Assembly (NCBI GenBank): GCA_015065975.1
Contig: SVPG01000001.1
Coordinates: 66,115 to 130,114, forward strand
Source: Oscillospiraceae bacterium
GTDB taxonomy: Bacteria; Bacillota; Clostridia; Oscillospirales; Acutalibacteraceae
Direction: 5' to 3'
DNA length: 64,000 bases
The number at the start of each line of letters is the position of its first letter. Position 1 is the stretch's first letter. A program made the translations under genes and the position numbers. The notes under the pieces were generated by a model that was not told the DNA's origin, made no database searches, and worked only from the letters and a program-made list of their open reading frames with translations. Shown piece after piece: positions 60,403 to 64,000 of this stretch.

Positions 60403-60858
60403 TCAGACCCAAGTCTTTCTGTCACACAACAATCTCACTCCCAAAACAAAAACAAAGGCTCCAAGAGCAATGAAAAATCCCCAGATATAATTCCAGTACA
60501 CCGACTGAACATCAAACATCATCAGCGGTAATGAGTTCCAGATTTTCAGGTTAGTTGCTATTGCGAACAAATCAAACAACACATAACAGCCACCGAATAT
60601 GTATATCCATCGCCACCGGAAGTTGCTTTTTATGTTTCTGCAGAATGTCGCAATTCCAAGCACACAAAGTGATGCCAGAACTCCCATCAGTATAAAATAG
60701 AAAGCTCCTCTGCTTTCCAATATTCCAAGCCAAAAATCAGCATATGAGTTTCTGTCAATCAATGCCCATAGTCTATGCAAGTGAAAAACTCCGAAAAAAA
60801 TGAAAAACCAAGGTTCCCACGCATATATTTTCTTCACATATCTCACCGCCAAATTCAA
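60403..60858 (-). CDS. Small hydrophobic membrane protein (LytTR cassette partner)
   Basis: 151-aa, four-helix profile, Trp/Phe-rich. Confidence 0.5.
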   Translation of the reverse strand: MNLAVRYVKKIYAWEPWFFIFFGVFHLHRLWALIDRNSYADFWLGILESRGAFYFILMGVLASLCVLGIATFCRNIKSNFRWRWIYIFGGCYVLFDLFAIATNLKIWNSLPLMMFDVQSVYWNYIWGFFIALGAFVFVLGVRLLCDRKTWV

Positions 60859-60889
60859 AAATCACTTTACAGCTATACAATAAAAGCTG

Positions 60890-61327
60890 TCAGTTATTCT
60901 GGAGTTTTTTTAATTTGCAATTCAGACGCTGATCATCATGCTTGTTTTTCAGCCACAGAACATACCACATTGCGAACAGACCGCACTCCATAATGGCGAT
61001 AAAAAGAATACCGTACAGAGTGGAAATCCCCGGAAACCATCCGAAAACGATTGCCCCGCCGATATAGAGAACATTGGCAAGCACCGCCCACACTGCTACT
61101 CTCCAGCCTGTAACACCCCACTCCTTACCCTGAGGGAACAGAATACTTTCTGCGCAGGCAAAAACCAGACTGACCAACAGCATCTGGAACATAGACAGGG
61201 TTTCTACGAAAGACTTTCCTACGATAAGATTAAATATCGATTTTACAAAAACAGCGGCTACTGTATATATTGCCATATGATACTTCATATCCGCCGCCCA
61301 CAGATATGCTTTATTAAATGCTTTCAT
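60890..61327 (-). CDS. DUF3021 family membrane protein
   Basis: 145-aa four-TM protein immediately downstream of a LytTR regulator, the canonical DUF3021 context. Confidence 0.6.
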   Translation of the reverse strand: MKAFNKAYLWAADMKYHMAIYTVAAVFVKSIFNLIVGKSFVETLSMFQMLLVSLVFACAESILFPQGKEWGVTGWRVAVWAVLANVLYIGGAIVFGWFPGISTLYGILFIAIMECGLFAMWYVLWLKNKHDDQRLNCKLKKLQNN

Positions 61328-61345
61328 AATATTTGCACCTTTCCT

Positions 61346-61783
61346 TTACATGCCAAGTTTTTCCCGAAGCATGGGAGCATAGTGACGGGAAATAATCAGC
61401 CGTTCTCCTGTAGAGAGACGGGCTTCAATACGCCCGGCGCCACAATTTTTCAGCTTCCTTATCTCTTGCAGATTGACAACAGAGGATTTTCCGGCTCGGA
61501 ACAACCCCAAATCTCCCCAGTAATCTTCCAGTTCCGCAAGAGAAAGAGCGGTCTGAAACATACCCTCCCGTGCATAGACAAAAGTCTTTTCTTCTACTGT
61601 TTCACAATATATCACTTCCGAAATCGCAAGCAGAACTGTCTCGCGGTTTTCGTCCCAAGCAAGCAGCTTCTGCATCCCGCTTCGCAGTAACGATAAAACC
61701 CGCAACATCTCATCGTCCAATTCAGGACACCTTAACACGACCTCATTTTCCTCCAAAGGTACATGCTCTACAATGATCTTCAT
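61346..61783 (-). CDS. LytTR-family DNA-binding regulator (no receiver domain)
   Basis: C-terminal SSVVNLQEIRKLKNCGAGRIEARLSTGERLIISRHYAPMLREKLG is LytTR-like. Confidence 0.7.
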   Translation of the reverse strand: MKIIVEHVPLEENEVVLRCPELDDEMLRVLSLLRSGMQKLLAWDENRETVLLAISEVIYCETVEEKTFVYAREGMFQTALSLAELEDYWGDLGLFRAGKSSVVNLQEIRKLKNCGAGRIEARLSTGERLIISRHYAPMLREKLGM

Positions 61784-61883
61784 GAAATCCTCCTTTCTGT
61801 CATCAGGCCCTTTGACGCAATTATCATATCATCAGTTTTGCCCCCTGACAAGGTCAGTTCCGCTAAGTGGTAGAAATATCGGG

Positions 61884-61914
61884 GGAAGATACAAAAATCC
61901 CGCAGCCATACGGC
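61884..61914. repeat. Hairpin repeat aaaaatcccgcagccatacggctgcgggattt (copy 2)
   Basis: One loop substitution (g to a) relative to copy 1; followed at 61921-61940 by the core repeat cgataatgtaattatctctt. Confidence 0.7.
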
Positions 61915-62305
61915 TGCGGGATTTGGTAAGCGATAATGTAATTATCTCTTGGAGCTGCAAGGAGTACTTGAGGGCTTCTTTGATTATTTCAAGTGCCTTT
62001 TGAAAAATCACGATGCTGCTGCGCTTTTCTGCGCAAAGCAGACCGATACACTTTGAGCAGCCTGCAATCGTATATTGTAATCTGAAGTAATTAATCGAAT
62101 GTTTTTTCGAGGTATAAAGACCAAATAAAGACCAAAAAGTAAGGTGTACCTGCTGCAATATATCAATCAGAATCCGGTTTTGAGAGCAACGGCGAAGGCG
62201 AATACTACATCTACATTTTTGTCGGATAAATACGAAGGCATAACATAAGCGCCGCTGGGGAATTAACCCGGGCGGTGCTTGGTCATTTGGTTCGGAAAAC
62301 TGAAG

Positions 62306-63124
62306 TTATCTTATATAACCTTTTTTCTTTGCATAATCACCAATGATAAATGCGACAGCTATAATAAGCAGAATAAATACAGATAATATATCCCAAATAT
62401 CAACTACAGGCTCGCCAATCATTTTTGACAATGTACTATTTATCACAAATGTAAATGGAATCGCAAACAAGAATGTAATTCCTGTTGCCAAAAGTTTTCG
62501 TTCCTTAAGTCGATGATACAGAATATAAATTATCCACAGAAATACAAGTGAAATAATTGACATAATCGCACCAATGTTGAATACCTCATTGACTTTTATC
62601 AAAATACTTAATATGTACATAAATGGTACAATGAGAATACTAATGGCAACCATCGCTACCAAAACACCTTTTTTCCCCAACAATATAACAGGAAAAGATG
62701 CTATCCATGTAATCAAAACGGAACCAAGTACAATAAGTGACCATGTCAGTGTTCCCGAAATAGCAATATCACATATTCCACATACCAGAATACCAATAAC
62801 CATAGTAATTGTATAGATTATTGAGATTACGGCATTTTTGTTCATATTATTCTCATCTTTTCGTTTTAATTCAATAAGATTTTCATTGACTTTTTCTTGG
62901 TAATTATTCATTTCTATCCTCTCCCCACTTAATAGTTCGTTGACCGTAACACCTAAAATATTGCAAAGCTCCAACATAATAGATGAATCGGGCATACATT
63001 TTCCTGTCTCCCATTTGGAAACAGCTCTGTCAGTGATGTTTAACTTTTCTGCCAATTGCGCTTGTGTCAGACCTTTTTCTTTTCTGCAACTAGCGATAAA
63101 CTTTCCTGTATCAATTTGATTCAT
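62306..63124 (-). CDS. Membrane-anchored XRE-family HTH regulator
   Basis: N-terminal LTQAQLAEKLNITDRAVSKWETG HTH; the C-terminal half has 5-6 hydrophobic helices. Confidence 0.7.
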   Translation of the reverse strand: MNQIDTGKFIASCRKEKGLTQAQLAEKLNITDRAVSKWETGKCMPDSSIMLELCNILGVTVNELLSGERIEMNNYQEKVNENLIELKRKDENNMNKNAVISIIYTITMVIGILVCGICDIAISGTLTWSLIVLGSVLITWIASFPVILLGKKGVLVAMVAISILIVPFMYILSILIKVNEVFNIGAIMSIISLVFLWIIYILYHRLKERKLLATGITFLFAIPFTFVINSTLSKMIGEPVVDIWDILSVFILLIIAVAFIIGDYAKKKGYIR

Positions 63125-63230
63125 TTCAATATGCCTCCTTTCACGCTACACTTTACAATTTTTATCAGTTTTTGTACACGAACTGTAGGTAGAATTATCA
63201 AATTCAACCATTGGTTGGGAGAGGTATTCA

Positions 63231-63827
63231 TCAACTTAATAAAAAAATCATAATCCGTTCCCGCAAGTCATTTTCTCCAAACAAATCACTGCAAGCTATC
63301 TCATCATAAAATTCCAACTCGTCCACTGTCATAAGGTAGGAAATATACTCCTCCGAGGGATAATAAAAAAACAGAAACATTTCCCTCGGTTTCTCATAAT
63401 AAGATTCTATAATTCTTGCCATCACTTTCCGAAGTATCTCCACCGAAAAAGGATTAAAAAAATAGCACCGATTGACTGCCCCCGGCACTTCGTACTCTTC
63501 TGCTCTCATCAGTACAAATTCCGATTTTGCTCTCGAAACCACAGTCTTCAGATTTTCCAGCGCACTCTGATAAATTCGTTCATCATATTCAATACCTATG
63601 GTATTTGCTTTCGTTTGGTAGGACAGGAAAAAATCCACACGTCCCTTCCCACAACCATAGTCCAAAACCACATCCTTTTTACAAATCAAGCTACTATTAC
63701 TCAAGCGCTCCAAAACACTATATGGCGTGGGCTCATATGGGTAACGATATTGGTCAGCGTTCGAAGCATCCCGCCCGGTTGTTTTTATTTGCAAAAGCTT
63801 ATCCCATGTATTTTCGTTATCTATCAT
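63231..63827 (-). CDS. Class I SAM-dependent methyltransferase
   Basis: VLDYGCGKGRVDFFL motif I; low-GC context. Confidence 0.65.
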   Translation of the reverse strand: MIDNENTWDKLLQIKTTGRDASNADQYRYPYEPTPYSVLERLSNSSLICKKDVVLDYGCGKGRVDFFLSYQTKANTIGIEYDERIYQSALENLKTVVSRAKSEFVLMRAEEYEVPGAVNRCYFFNPFSVEILRKVMARIIESYYEKPREMFLFFYYPSEEYISYLMTVDELEFYDEIACSDLFGENDLRERIMIFLLS

Positions 63828-63871
63828 TTTCCGCCTCTATCAATCATACAAATTTGCATCCTATTTGGTAA

Positions 63872-64000
63872 TTATCCCAACAGTAACTTTGCCATTTGTT
63901 CCAATGCATTACGCTCTTCCGTATCATCATAGGCAGTTTGCTTATCGTCAATTCCTTTCACAACATTGATGGAAAACAAACCATCTCTGTTACAATAAAA
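63872..64000 (-). CDS. Partial CDS (C-terminal end only), hypothetical
   Basis: Open minus-strand frame ...DGLFSINVVKGIDDKQTAYDDTEERNALEQMAKLLLG* running off the window edge. Confidence 0.3.
   Translation of the reverse strand, partial: FYCNRDGLFSINVVKGIDDKQTAYDDTEERNALEQMAKLLLG

Noticed and set aside
1-64000. CRISPR arrays, rRNA genes, IS elements or integrases
   Set aside because: No regularly spaced direct repeats with unique spacers, no rRNA-like conserved stretches, and no transposase, integrase or recombinase-like ORF was seen in any frame.

Overview
The window reads as a chromosomal segment from a Firmicutes/Clostridia-type genome of about 53% GC. Era-RecO-MutS2 synteny, EFR1 ferredoxin, DUF4830, a TPP-riboswitch-ThiT unit and Thr/Pro-rich linkers support that. 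Most of it is housekeeping and cell-envelope coding sequence at high density.

The main blocks are:
- A partial class-V cysteine desulfurase with a DUF3343 partner at the left edge.
- A large cell-wall polysaccharide locus on the minus strand: rfbA, rfbC, rfbB and rfbD for dTDP-rhamnose, two GT2 glycosyltransferases, a TagF-like glycerophosphotransferase, a Wzx flippase and a Wzy/O-antigen-ligase-like polymerase.
- era, recO and mutS2.
- A PglF/CapD-like dehydratase, a PglC-like phosphoglycosyl transferase and DedA.
- A Ser/Thr kinase with a C-terminal membrane tail, and a GH5 endoglucanase lipoprotein.
- A PhoB/PhoR-like two-component pair next to a Na/Pi cotransporter with PhoU domains.
- A TPP riboswitch driving ThiT.
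- A secreted barnase-like RNase with its barstar immunity protein.
- A MoxR, DUF58 and DUF4129-like membrane protein triad.
- TrkA and TrkH.
- An HTH-PurM-like fusion, a DUF1538 membrane protein with a tandem P-II-like partner, and a TetR with a flavodoxin-like reductase.

Two regions stand out. First, at 44.1-49.1 kb, two overlapping WYL/WCX-type regulators resembling the PafBC heterodimer sit upstream of a 470-nt non-coding region with tRNA-like T-arm motifs, followed by an SPFH protein and the RNA ligase RtcB. This is a candidate RNA-repair or stress module with an associated tRNA-mimic RNA. Second, from 58.9 kb to the window end there is a mosaic of low-GC cassettes: two small hypotheticals, a LytTR-DUF3021-membrane triad, and a membrane XRE regulator with a methyltransferase. 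The cassettes are bounded by a duplicated 38-nt hairpin and a 16-bp core repeat. No rRNA, CRISPR array or obvious transposase/integrase was seen.
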